This document shows, piece by piece, positions 12,560-25,377 of a stretch of 64,000 bases of DNA. A program made the translations under genes and the position numbers. How positions within the stretch are numbered: the stretch's first letter is position 1; each line of letters starts with the position of its first letter. The stretch covers positions 34,490,041 to 34,554,040 of the forward strand of contig NC_068998.1 in NCBI RefSeq assembly GCF_001194135.2. The letters run 5' to 3'. The DNA is from Octopus bimaculoides (lineage: Eukaryota). Under the pieces are notes generated by a model. That model worked only from the letters and a program-made list of their open reading frames with translations, was not told where the DNA came from and did not search any database.

Positions 12560-13255
12560 CTTATCTACATTAGGACGATTACCAGCCACAACTGTGAGAT
12601 GGAGGTTTATTAAATGTTCCCATACCTTGTCACCACCATCAAGGACAACCTCTTTCAAGATTTTGATATTAACAGACATTTTAAAAGAACATATTCCACA
12701 ATAGCCAGATTGGTAATACAAGTCTGGAAAGCACTGAGCTAATGTTGCACACTAAGGTTGCATTCTGCAATGCTGATGTCTTCACTACACTGCTTTATGG
12801 CAGTGAGAGCTGGAGCTTCTACTCCAGGCAAGAGCAGAATCTCAACACTTTCCACTATCACAGCCTGAGATAAATCCTGGACATCAAGTGGACTTAATTA
12901 TCAACAATGAGATCCTGGTTCTTGCACAGACACTCATTTTCTTCTTCCAAATGCAACAATGATGCTTCTTCTGTCTGGGCTGTTTACACTACATGGCAGA
13001 TAGGAGGATCCTAAGACACATGCCATATGGAGAACTGGCCTCCAGCAGGGGTGACTCCTTTTTTGTTTCAAGGAAGTCTGCAAGAGGTCTCTTTGCATAA
13101 ACACTGAAAGATGAGAGGACAGGAACTTGACAATGCAGGGTTTGAAATGATGAATGGAGAGGCAGATTGTACCTTTGGATTCAGGTATTGCAGCCAGGAC
13201 TGTCACTCACATGTGCATCTCTGTAGTTCACAGCAGACTATTTGCTGCCAAGAAC
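12560..13255 (+). mobile_element. RTE-BovB-like LINE C-terminal remnant
   Basis: Frameshifted translation ..FPYLVTTIKDNL..DINRHF..ARLVIQVWKSTELMLHTKVAFCNADVFTTLLYGSESWSFYSRQEQNLNTFH..LR*ILDIKW...GELASS...CSQDCHSH follows the BovB-type pattern TKxxVYxxxVLSTLLYGSESWT...RDCHSRIGL. Confidence 0.8.
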
Positions 13256-14234
13256 ACCAAAGTAGGACTTTCTTGTAAGATTAAACATATTCCTCTCTCT
13301 CTCTCTCTCTCCCTTCTTCTCTCTCTCCCTTCTTCTCTCTCTCCCCCTTCCTCTCTCTCTCTCTATCTCTTTATATATATATATATATATATNNNNNNNN
13401 NNNNNNNNNNNNNNNNNNNNNNNNNNNNNNNNNNNNNNNNNNNNNNNNNNNNNNNNNNNNNNNNNNNNNNNNNNNNNNNNNNNNNNNNNNNNNNNNNNNN
13501 NNNNNNNNNNNNNNNNNNNNNNNNNNNNNNNNNNNNNNNNNNNNNNNNNNNNNNNNNNNNNNNNNNNNNNNNNNNNNGTGTGTGTGTGTGTGTGCATGCG
13601 TGTGTGTGTGTGTGTGCATGCGTGTGTGTGTGTAAAATGGATGAAAATACATAGCAGAATTAAAAGAACTGTGATCTTATTTTAGAAAAATTAAAAGATT
13701 AAGTACAAGTGTAATATTTAATTTAGATATATCAAATATTCTTAACCTACATTTTGACTGCTATCATCTATTCAAATTAACTTATCAAAGGAAAACACTG
13801 TTGTGACTACAGTATTTGAAGTATATAGTGTTGAAATTGTTGCAGCTACACAGAGAACTAAGGTATCAGGTTTGAAGACAAAAAATGTTCACTAAAAAAA
13901 ATAAGTATATGATTTTTAAACAGTTTAAGTGATAGGTTAAGCTTTTTAAACAATATAGTGCCGTAGAAAGATTGATAGGCAGATATAGTAATGAGAAGCA
14001 GATATTTAGACAGGTCGAGGTGAGAGTATTATGAGCAGAAGAATGAGGTAGTCAGGATACAAGTTAAAGAGTAGTTAGTTGAACTTAAGTTCCAAGCAGG
14101 TCGTAAATTACTTTGGCCTTTTATGTAGATTATTAAGAAAAACTGAATAGTTTTTATAAGTTACATGAAGGCACATATGTATACATATATGCACACAGAT
14201 GTGCTTCATCACCATACAGGCGCAGGTGTGGCTG

Positions 14235-14622
14235 CCATGGGTTGGACAGGAGGCTGCACTAGGCTCCAATCTGATTTGGCAAGGTTTCTACAGCTGGATG
14301 CTCTTCCTGGTGCCAACCACTCCGAGAATGTAGTGGGTGCTTTTTACATGCCACCAGCATGAGGGCCAGTCAAGCAGCACTGGCATCGGTTTCGCTTGAA
14401 TGGGGCTTTTTACGTGACATCAGCACGAGTGCCAGTGAAGCGGCACTGGCATCGGCCACACTGGAATGGTGCATTTTACATGCCATCAGAACAGGGGTGC
14501 TTTTTTATCATCATCATCATCATCATCATTTAATGTCCGTTGTCCATGCTAGCATGGGTTGGACAGTTTGACCAAGGTTGGTAAGCTGAGGGGCTGTACC
14601 AGATCCCAGTCTCATTTGGCAT

Positions 14623-14695
<73 letters not shown>

Positions 14696-15331
14696 GCATT
14701 TAAAGTCCACTTTCCATGCTAGCGTGGGTTTGACGATTTGCAACCAGTTGGCTGCACTAGGCTCCAATCTGATTTGGCAGAGTTTCTACAGCTGGATGCC
14801 CTTCCTAACGCCAACCACTCTGAGAGTGTAGTGGGTGCTTTTACGTGCTACTGGCACGAAGGCCAGTCAGGCGGTAATGGCAACAGCCACACTCAAAATG
14901 GTGTATTTTACATGCCACCTGCACAAGAGCCAGTCCAGCAGCACTGGCAGCGATCTCGCTCGAATGTCTTTACACGTGCCATCAGCACAAGTGCCAGGAA
15001 GGCGACGCTGGGCACAGGTGCCATCACGATTTCACTTTCACTTGCCCCAACAGGTCTTTGCAAGCCGAGTTCCATGTCCAATGAAGGAGACGATGTTGGC
15101 ATGGGTGCCAGTCGTCGAATTTAGTTCGATTTCGATTTCACTTGCCTCAACATGTCTTCACAAGCAGAGTTTAGTGTCCAATGAAGGAAAGGTACGCATA
15201 AGTGGGATGGCTACACCCCTGGCAGAGGCCTTGGATTTAGGTCTCACTTGGCTTGCCGGGTCTTCTCACGCACACCATTTTCCAAAGGTCTCGGTCAGAA
15301 GTCATTGCCTCAGTAAGGCCCAATGTTCGAA
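14235..15331 (-). mobile_element. Three consecutive RTE 3' fragments (14235-14500, 14510-14626, 14663-15331)
   Basis: Repeated gctggatgcccttcc/gctggatgctcttcc core and (CAT)n tails. The third copy reaches the ORF2 end (RTLGLTEAMTSDRDLW..EKTRQAK*). Confidence 0.85.
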
Positions 15332-15333
15332 TT

Positions 15334-15344
<11 letters not shown>

Positions 15345-15370
<26 letters not shown>

Positions 15371-15600
15371 ATTTTTATGCCTGTGTTTGTCTCCCCACCA
15401 TCGCCTGACAACCACTGTTGGTGTGTTTACATCCCTGTAACCTAGTAGTTCAGCAAAAGAGACAGCCAGAATAAGTACTAGGCTGACAAAAGTTAGTCCT
15501 GGGGTCGATTTCTCCAACTACAAAAATATCTTTTAAGGTGGTGCTTCAGTGTGGCAGCAGCCAAATGACAGAAACAAGGAAAAGTAAAGTAAAAGAATAG
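15345..15600 (+). mobile_element. SINE family A, 3' half
   Basis: (TG)n-gtttgtctccccaccatcgcctgacaacc...aataagtactaggct...gaaacaaggaaaagtaaag. Confidence 0.8.
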
Positions 15601-16712
15601 AACATCTGAAAATGTTGAGACATTTTAAGCTGCAAATGTTTTACTGATTCCATGCATTCTCTTCTGTATTCAGATCAGGGATGATCTGTGCCACGACCCA
15701 TTTGAGCAGTAGCATAAGCTTTAAGTCAAGTGTCATACATTTTGCAGAGTGCAGTATGTGTCATCCAGTTGGAGTGTGATGCAGTATTGGATGATCATAT
15801 GAGCTGACAGTTTCTTATTCAAAATATCCAAGTGGGGTTTAGAATTTATCATTTTTACCTTGAGGCATTCTGTAAAATCCAGCTGTCCCTTTTGCTGGAA
15901 TTTCATCAATTCATAATGAATAGGCGTTGCTTGAATCTTGCAAATGAGTACCTGATTTTGTAGGTGGAGTTTGATAGACAATGATGGAAAGGCGTATTAG
16001 ATGTAAATTGCTTAACAGATGTTTTATTGCTAAACATGATCAGTCAGTCCTCTGTAATTCAATTTTTATGTGAAATGGCATAAAATTCTTGATATAATAG
16101 TGTTTTTTTCATTCAATGTCATGCAAGTAGATGGCAGTCTTCCAGTGATCAATGACCTTCTGTCATATTGCTGCATTTTACTTCACTGGCAAATGGACTG
16201 CTAAAATACTGCTAGATGAGAAAGGGGATAGAAACCAAGGGCAATGAATCATTTCATTGGTCTGCAAACTAACGACACAATGTCAGCCTGAGCTGTCAAA
16301 TGAATTGTATCTACCTACCAGACGAAGTTGTAACAAACCTTTCGGGACAGCACTATCAGAAATTGTAGCAGAACATGTGTCCATGGCCATGTAAAGTAAA
16401 ACTTTTAGTCCTTTTTCCTATTCAGATGACAATTCTATAGATTTATATGAAATAAGTTGCTTTCAATGTTAGCTACATGATAAAATTCTAAAATAACATT
16501 TCATCAGTCCTCTATTATTAATACTCAGTATAAATTAATTAACTTTGTTATTTGCAAATACATTTTACAAGATAATTAGGTTTTATCTTTATATCAAAAT
16601 ATATTTGGAAAAAGAGTAAATGTCATCTCTATATACTAACTCTCGACTAGAAATTTATGCTTATATGTGTGTGCTTGCGTGTCTGAAGCATACATATATA
16701 TATCAACTGCTA

Positions 16713-16744
<32 letters not shown>

Positions 16745-17441
16745 NNNNNNNNNNNNNNNNNNNNNNNNNNNNNNNNNNNNNNNNNNNNNNNNNNNNNNNN
16801 NNNNNNNNNNNNNNNNNNNNNNNNNNNNNNNNNNNNNNNNNNNNNNNNNNNNNNNNNNNNNNNNNNNNNNNNNNNNNNNNNNNNNNNNNNNNNNNNNNNN
16901 NNNNNNNNNNNNNNNNNNNNNNNNNNNNNNNNNNNNNNNNNNNNNNNNNNNNNNNNNNNNNNNNNNNNNNNNNNNNNNNNNNNNNNNNNNNNNNNNNNNN
17001 NNNNNNNNNNNNNNNNNNNNNNNNNNNNNNNNNNNNNNNNNNNNNNNNNNNNNNNNNNNNNNNNNNNNNNNNNNNNNNNNNNNNNNNNNNNNNNNNNNNN
17101 NNNNNNNNNNNNNNNNNNNNNNNNNNNNNNNNNNNNNNNNNNNNNNNNNNNNNNNNNNNNNNNNNNNNNNNNNNNNNNNNNNNNNNNNNNNNNNNNNNNN
17201 NNNNNNNNNNNNNNNNNNNNNNNNNNNNNNNNNNNNNNNNNNNNNNNNNNNNNNNNNNNNNNNNNNNNNNNNNNNNNNNNNNNNNNNNNNNNNNNNNNNN
17301 NNNNNNNNNNNNNNNNNNNNNNNNNNNNNNNNNNNNNNNNNNNNNNNNNNNNNNNNNNNNNNNNNNNNNNNNNNNNNNNNNNNNNNNNNNNNNNNNNNNN
17401 NNNNNNNNNNNNNNNNNNNNNNNNNNNNNNNNNNNNNNNNN

Positions 17442-17499
<58 letters not shown>

Positions 17500-17528
17500 T
17501 TTCATACACACACACACATATATATATA

Positions 17529-18391
17529 CAAGGTGCGATGAATAAATTGTCTAAATTACGCAAAAATGAAAATAACACTGACGTCTCATTTTAAAATATA
17601 TATTTACCAAAATTACATTAAAATATTTTGAAATACTAAAGAGTAAATTTATTCAATAAAATTGCCATTGGCCTCAACCATGGCAACCAGATGACTTTGG
17701 AATCATCTGCAACTCTTCTGGACAATCTCCTTGTTTGAGTTTGTGAATGCTGCCTTAATCCTTGCCTTCAGTTCATCTTTGGTGTCACAAGGAGTTTTGT
17801 TGGTCTCTTGCTCAACTGTGCCTCACATATAATAATCAAGGGGCTTGCAGTCTGGGGAGTTAGGTAGTCAGATGTGGTTACAGAAATTGTCTGACAGCCA
17901 TGACTGGGTTCTCCTGCTTGTGTAGCATGGTGCAGAGTCTTGTTGCCTGGCATAAGGTCTTCCATCAGCCAACCTCTTGACCCAGGGCAGCACTACCTCC
18001 TCCCAGCACGTGATGTATGCCTCTGTGTTGAGTCTGAGGAGGTGTGAGAAGATGAATGGAGGCATAACGTCATCATCAATAGTGATCACTCCAAACTCCA
18101 TGATGTTGACTGGATGTTTGATTTTTATCACTCTTGGTACATGTTCATATTGGTACATGTTTGTATTGAAACTTCCAACGCTTTGTAATGGAGCTTCTGG
18201 CACGAATGCCAAGCAGTACAGCATGTCATTTCCAAATTTCTGGCAGAGTGAATTGCATCATGGTGCTGTTTTTCTCACAGACAGTGTCCAACTGACCTTA
18301 CTATACTGTGTAGTTGACAAAATCAAAAACAAACAATATGCATGTGTGAAATTAGAAATATAAAATGGTGACAATTTACCCACCCACCCTG
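17529..18391 (-). mobile_element. Tc1/mariner DD37D (maT-type) internally deleted transposon, copy 1
   Basis: TA-flanked TIRs caaggtgcgatgaataaattgtc / gacaatttacccacccaccctg. Minus-strand remnant ..RQQDSAPCYTSRRTQSWLSDNFCNH..NSPDCKPLDYY..DELKARIK..LVAMVEANGNFIE*. Confidence 0.9.
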
Positions 18392-18407
18392 TATATATAT
18401 ATATATA

Positions 18408-18735
18408 CGAAGCATGACCTTTGAACATTGGGCCTCACATAGGCAATGACAGGAGATCGAGACCTTTGGAGATATGCTGTGATAGAGAAGATCCAGCAAC
18501 TAAAATGAAATTGCAGGCATGGCTGATGCCAGTGTTGCATGTCTGGCCGATTTAAAAGTACCCTTGATGCATCAGGTGATATGATACGCTTGAGAAGACC
18601 TGTTGAGTCAAGTAAAACCCAAATCATAGATGTGGCCAGTGCTCCCTGACTGGCTCCCCTGGCAGTGGCACATAAAATGCACCATCCGAACATGGTCAAT
18701 GCCAGTGCTTGATAAAGGACCTGATACACCCGTTA
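18408..18735 (+). mobile_element. RTE LINE 3' fragment
   Basis: aagcatgacctttgaacattgggcctcaca..gcaatgaca..gagacctttggagatatgctgtg (KHDL.TLGLT.AMT.DRDLWRYAV) followed by UTR repeats. Confidence 0.75.
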
Positions 18736-19262
18736 CGTGGTAGCAGGGCATGCAAGAAATAGCAGCCAAATCTCTCCATTTTTTGGGAAAAGGGGCTGTT
18801 TTAGGCATGATCTCGACGTCACATTCGTTGAAAACATGTGAAATAAAATGGAAAAAAATGAAAAACCCACGAAACAAAACTATATTGCTGGGAAACTCGG
18901 ACTTCCCTGGTGACCGAACGGGTCAAAGGTCATCTAGTAATAAATAAAAGCAAGATTTTTTTACAATTTTTCTCAAATGTGAATGCCACAATATGTAATA
19001 TATTCGATTTTAAAATCCATTGACGACAAAACCAACCACAGGACTCAAATCATGTATCAGCTAGAATACATATGGTCATGATACTATTACACTGAAGTAA
19101 CTCTCTGACTTCCAACCCCTGAAATCACAGACTGCTATCTTGCAAACAAGAAAAGGCATTGTTTTAAATTTAAAAGATAATTTTAGATACATTGACATAT
19201 ATTACAGAGAAATGCATGCACACATATTCACATACAGACACACACGTGCAAGCACACACACA

Positions 19263-19480
19263 ACATCATCATCATCATCATCATTTAACGTCTATTTTCC
19301 ATACTGGCATAGGTTGGATGGTTTGACAGGTGCTGGATGGGTAGAAGGCTGCAATAGGCTTCACTATCTGTTTTGGCAGGGTTTTTACTGCTGGATCCCC
19401 TTTCTAATACCAACCACTTTACAGTGTGGACTCGATGCACCAGCATTAGAGGGGTCACCAAGTAACTTGTAAAACAAATA
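19263..19480 (-). mobile_element. RTE-tail (family C) fragment
   Basis: (CAT)n-ttaacgtctattttccat...ctggatcccctttctaataccaaccac. Confidence 0.75.
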
Positions 19481-19871
19481 TTCTTTGAAAGGTGGATGGG
19501 GAGGAGGCATTGAAAGAGGTAGCCTTGTGTCAGCTGATGAAAGGTTAGAGTGTGACAGACAGAGAGAAACAAATGTCTTGCTGTTCAGGAGACACATGGT
19601 TACCCAGTCAGAGGGAGAGAGCAAAAGAAAGATGGAGAGAGTGAGTGAGTGATCAAGAATGAGAGAGAGAAAGAGAGTGACAGTGCAAGAGAGAGAGTAG
19701 AAGAGAGATGGTTGTGAAGTGCTAGGGCATGCACTTACAGTACAGTGATCAGAATATAAATGGGATGGTAGAGTATTGCCAAGGGAGTAGGGACTTCACA
19801 TAAATCAAAGAGTGTGGGAGAGGGGAAAGCAGTGACTGGTGACACGTGGGTAAATATACATATAATTTTGT

Positions 19872-19922
<51 letters not shown>

Positions 19923-20119
19923 GTATGTATAGAAAGTATACAAGGAGTTTTCAACTGAAATTTTGTGCTATGAATGTTCAGACTGGTTTACCCCTAAAAT
20001 TCCAGTTTGAACTGCAACTGAAAAACATAGTGTTGAGACTGCCTTGGGAAAGTGGTGAGAAGTGGTATATATGGATATGTGTGTATGAGTGTGTAAATAT
20101 GTATGTGTATGTCTCATTG

Positions 20120-21240
20120 GGTTATTCTTGCTTGACATGTTAGGAAAAGCCTTTCCTGGTGAATATTTTGCTATTTATAGGGACGATACTCGAACTTTAG
20201 CTAAGAATAACAATGGACCAATGCAAGATCAGTTAAGGAAAAGTATTATCCACCTTATGAAAACATTCGATCTTAGCATAACAATAGAAACCAACCTAAT
20301 GGTTATCAATTTCCTTGATGTATCTCTACATTTACAAAAGAATATTTACAAACCTTATAGAAAGCCCAACGATAGACTTAGTTATATTAATGTAGGTTCC
20401 TACCACCCCATTATAGTGTTTGTTATATAGTGGGGCAGTATTATAATATACGTTTATATTGGTGAAGAGGATAGGAATTCTCCTACTAATATTCTTAACT
20501 AAATTTTTAATGTCCTTAAAGCTAGTGGATTTAAAGAGGAAATAGCTTACACACCTACTATTAGACCAGAAATAAAGAAAAGAAAACATAGACGCAGGAA
20601 AATTATCTGGCTCACACTCCCTTTTTCACCCAAAGTGACCTTTAATTATAGGTAAATATTTCTTGTCACTTATAGAGACATTTTCTAATACATCATAAAT
20701 ATAGGAAACTCTTCAACAGGTATAACCTAAAAATTAGTTTTAATTACATCCCAAACTTTAAAAGCATAATTACACACAATGCAACACAACAACATGATGC
20801 CTGCTGCTCCTGCATGGATAAAGAGTTGTGCCCACTAAATGGAGCCTGTATGACCAAGGCCATTATTTATGAAGCCACTGTAAATTCTATGAACACTAAT
20901 AATAGTTTCATCCAAGAGAGATCTGGGTCTTACAGAGGGAAATTTCAAAGCAAAATTCAACTTAAGCTTCAGACACTGGAATAAACGAAAAACTACCAAA
21001 TTATCCAGTCATATATGGTTCTTAAAACAATAAGGTTTCAGCTACAGGACTTCCTGGAAGATCTTAGCCGAGTGTAAACCTTATACTAATAGTAGTGGCA
21101 ACTGCAGTCTTTGTAATATGGAAAGATGGCTCATGTGGTAAAGTTTCTTGGACCCTACTACATGTTTAAATTCAAGAACTGAACTTTTTGTGACATGTCT
21201 ACATGTCACAAAATATCTGTTACGGTTTTGGGCCCCACAA
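20120..21240 (+). mobile_element. Penelope-like element remnant (RT C-terminus, thumb and GIY-YIG endonuclease)
   Basis: ORF 20089..20430 has IYRDDT (YxDD) ..INFLDVSLHL..YKPYRKPND..YIN..SYHP, the typical PLE RT/thumb. Downstream decayed RRRKIIW..PF, CPLNGAC, WKILAECKPY..C.LC and LNSRTEL..TC.H motifs. Confidence 0.85.
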
Positions 21241-22275
21241 GATCACGGCTAGAATTCACAGTTTTACTATGTTCCTGCACAAGCCTTCCCATGTGTTTTA
21301 ACTTCCAATTGTGAACACAAGAGGTTTCTGTCTATGTATTGTGAGAATATGGTTGTGTGTATTTTTTATCTTTTTCTTTTTTCCTTTTTTACCTATTAAA
21401 GTAACTTCCCTTTTATTCAATGGCTTTTCATAGCATCTGTTGCCATTAATAGCCAACAGGAATGCATTGTAGCTCTTCACTCTGAGATTCGAAACCTCGA
21501 GTACTATAATGACAACCTTTTACTGTTTGTTCTAAATTATAACATACATACATATATACATACATACATACATACATACATANNNNNNNNNNNNNNNNNN
21601 NNNNNNNNNNNNNNNNNNNNNNNNNNNNNNNNNNNNNNNNNNNNNNNNNNNNNNNNNNNNNNNNNNNNNNNNNNNNNNNNNNNNNNNNNNNNNNNNNNNN
21701 NNNNNNNNNNNNNNNNNNNNNNNNNNNNNNNNNNNNNNNNNNNNNNNNNNNNNNNNNNNNNNNNNNNNNNNNNNNNNNNNNNNNNNNNNNNNNNNNNNNN
21801 NNNNNNNNNNNNNNNNNNNNNNNNNNNNNNNNNNNNNNNNNNNNNNNNNNNNNNNNNNNNNNNNNNNNNNNNNNNNNNNNNNNNNNNNNNNNNNNNNNNN
21901 NNNNNNNNNNNNNNNNNNNNNNNNNNNNNNNNNNNNNNNNNNNNNNNNNNNNNNNNNNNNNNNNNNNNNNNNNNNNNNNNNNNNNNNNNNNNNNNNNNNN
22001 NNNNNNNNNNNNNNNNNNNNNNNNNNNNNNNNNNNNNNNNNNNNNNNNNNNNNNNNNNNNNNTAGGTGATACAAGAAAGGGACAAAAGCATACAGATAGA
22101 TGATACAAAGAAAACACGGACATGTCATTCGGAGTTTTCTCTCTTCAGTCGAAATCCAGATTATCTTTGCAATTTCAGCTGGTTATTCTCGATATTGCTC
22201 CAATCTGGCCATCCCCAAGGAAAAACTAAGCTAAGAGCATTAGATTCCTTGGAAGAAAGCAGCGAATGTATACAA

Positions 22276-22319
<44 letters not shown>

Positions 22320-22326
<7 letters not shown>

Positions 22327-22540
22327 TATGTGTCTGTGTTTGTCCCCACCAACATCGCTTGACAACCAATGCTGGTATGTTTGTGTCCCCGTAACTTAGC
22401 AGTTTGGCAAGAGAAACCGATGGAATAAGTACTAGGCTTACAAAGAAACATAAGTCCTGGGGTCGATTAGCACGACTAAAAGGCAGTGCTCCAGTATAGC
22501 CACAGTCAAATTACTGAAACATGTAAAAGAGTGAAAGAGT
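22320..22540 (+). mobile_element. SINE family A, 3' half
   Basis: gtttgtccccaccaacatcgcttgacaacc...aagtcctggggtcgat...gaaacatgtaaaagagt. Confidence 0.85.
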
Positions 22541-23609
22541 ATATATATATATATNNNNNNNNNNNNNNNNNNNNNNNNNNNNNNNNNNNNNNNNNNNNNN
22601 NNNNNNNNNNNNNNNNNNNNNNNNNNNNNNNNNNNNNNNNNNNNNNNNNNNNNNNNNNNNNNNNNNNNNNNNNNNNNNNNNNNNNNNNNNNNNNNNNNNN
22701 NNNNNNNNNNNNNNNNNNNNNNNNNNNNNNNNNNNNNNNNNNNNNNNNNNNNNNNNNNNNNNNNNNNNNNNNNNNNNNNNNNNNNNNNNNNNNNNNNNNN
22801 NNNNNNNNNNNNNNNNNNNNNNNNNNNNNNAAAGTTCATACAAAGCTTTATACTTTAAATATATTCCTCTTATTATCATCAAAGAATGTATATATGCATT
22901 TTAATACTCAAACTGTTTTTTAACATTTTTTATTATTCTCAAAGACTTTTGATAATCTTTTTCTAAAAAAGCGAAACCGGTTAAGTAAATAAATATCTTT
23001 AAAATAAGTGCATTTTCAAACCTTCTTTCATATATATTTCCACTTGTATGGTATTCCACAACTTTACTTTATTATATATATATATATATATATCTATATA
23101 TATATATATATATATATTCATATATATATATGTATATATATATATATGAATGTGTGTGTATGCATATGTAAATCTACTGCAATTTCCATCGGTAATTGAT
23201 TCCAAGACATGTATCTACTTGAAGAATAATGTAACACCACGAAAAATCATTAAAAAAACTTTATTAGATTTTATCTGCTTTAATAAATGGTTTGTACATA
23301 TTTTCACATGTATTGTATTTGATTGCTTCTTCAGTATTCGATTTTAGGCGGTTGTTCTTTTAATTTTTAAGATTTTAAAGATGTTCATTGAGACTGGCGT
23401 AAAGTCAGATAATTCAAATGAAGTTCAGGTTTATTTCTTCCATTAATTTCTTTAAAAAATGAGGTTAAGTTCAAAAAGACATAACTCAATGATATAATTT
23501 GTAGTATGCCTAATTATGTATGTATGTATGTATGTATGTATGTATGTATGTACGTATGTATGTATGTATGTGCATATGCATGTATCATCATTATCATCGT
23601 TGTTGTCAT

Positions 23610-23830
23610 CATCATCATACCATCATCGTTTTTTAATTGTCACATTTGTTGAGGCAGATTTTCTACTGCCAGATGCTCTTCCTGTCACTAATCTTAAACT
23701 GCTTCCAACCAAGATATTCTTTCCTGATAGCCAGACATGTCTGCAAAGAAGATTAGAAAATGGAGGATATTATTTGTATGATGGGACACTTGTTTAGAAC
23801 TATCGAGTGTTGCCAAGACGGGGGATACAT
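23610..23830 (-). mobile_element. RTE-tail family variant
   Basis: (CAT)n then ggcagattttctactgccagatgctcttcctgtc; the reverse-orientation copy is at 37750-37950. Confidence 0.6.
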
Positions 23831-24249
23831 AAACACACCCACATTAATGCACATACACACACACATATATATACATATATGCATACTTGTAGCACTCTCA
23901 AGTGACCTTGCTCTTTCTCTCACGCTCTCTCCCTCTCTCCCTCTCTCTCTCTTGCTCTCTCTCTTTCTTGCTCTCTCTTTCTTGCTCTCTCTCTCTCTCT
24001 CTCACACACACATACACATATACATATATACATACATACATACAAATATATACATTAGCATAACTAGGCAGGGGTGGTAAGGGCAGCACTTTTAAAGGGA
24101 TTTTTGTGGGTTCTGAGTGCAGAAAATGGAACGGCTACACTAGTGAGTATATATATTTTTTAATTATTATAAATCTTCCACTGAGGAAGGAGCTGGTTTC
24201 CAACAAAGAGACAAGGCTCCATCTTTGGAATGTAGTTAACAGACAAATT

Positions 24250-25250
24250 CACATTTGGAACTTGAGAAATGTCTTGCATATTTTTACTGTTCCACTGACA
24301 GCTTGGACTTGTAATGCGCAAATTAGCCGGTCAATTTCTCTTTCTGAAAATCCCAGTTTATCCAGATTGTCCTTTAAGCTTTTACTAACAAAACCTAGTG
24401 CTCCAATTATTATTGGTATGAATATGGATTCGATATAGATGCTGGAGGTTTCGAAGCAGTTTTCCATAGATGTCCTCTTTTGCTTTGATTTTCAAAGACA
24501 GATTTATATCTGCAAGGCAGCTGATCTCTATGAAGGTACATACCATTGCCCCTCTATCCCAAACGACAATATCTGGCCTGTTGTGTTTACATTTGACAGA
24601 AGTTTTGATGAGAATGTTTTACCAGTATACCTTGAGTTGGTGTTTATGAATGTATTCCTTAACAGGGATTTTCTAAGTTTATTTTGGGACAGTCTTTCTT
24701 GCGGATGGCACTGTAAATTGTTTGAGCGACATTATACTGTATAGGGAGGTAGTACCATGATGACATTTTAGGACAGCTGCTAATTATATGTGTGATGTCT
24801 TCCACAGAAACATGACATAACCTATACATGCGGTTGCACCTTGGGATTACAAGAGCATCACTCTCTCTTGTTCACTAGGTATTTTTTGGAAATCTCCTGT
24901 TCCTGGATTGCAAATGTATAGCCTTCAAAGTGTGATGTGATGTAATGGTCTTGTGTTCCAGAGAGGCTGTGCTTCATGTCAATTCTACTGTCTTCAAGCT
25001 TCTGGGCAACATACCCATGCATAGTCTTTTTTTCTCTATGTATGCTGAGTACTTTCCATCTAGGTCTTCTTTGAGGTAAGAGAGCCCAGCTGATTTGGGT
25101 ATGTACAGGAGATCATCAGGAAGAGAGTGTTTCTTGAGGAGTTCACTGTCAACTCGTACAATGTTGCTCACTTCACTTTTCTGCACTGCATTTATGTATT
25201 TATTTTTGCTTTTGTTGTTCAGCAGGTGCTGCCTGAGTGATACCATACGC
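24250..25250 (-). mobile_element. RLE-type non-LTR retrotransposon (R4/Dong-like) remnant
   Basis: Minus strand: ITSHFEGYTFAIQEQEI..RLCHVSVEDITHIISSCP (CCHC knuckle remnant) ..KHNRPDIVVWDR..FIEISCLAD..KEDIYG..FIPIIIGALG..ICKTFLKF (ORFs 24249..24467 and 24974..25351). Confidence 0.9.
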
Positions 25251-25377
25251 CATGTATGTATGTATATATGTATTAGTATATGTATGTATGAGTATATATG
25301 AATATATCTATTTATAGATATAAATGTGTATGTTTGTGTGGGTGTGAACAAGTAATTTTACTAAGCATGTATACATT

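Noticed and set aside
15660-16420. Coding-looking non-repeat stretch (ORF 15733..15981)
   Set aside because: No recognisable motif and no consistent frame or splice sites.
22117-22153. Minus-strand CTGAAGA-GAG-aaaa-CTC-cGAAT..ACATGT-C hammerhead-like motif in a Penelope-type repeat
   Set aside because: A15.1 is missing or displaced and stem I does not pair; it may be a decayed relic but is not supportable from this copy.
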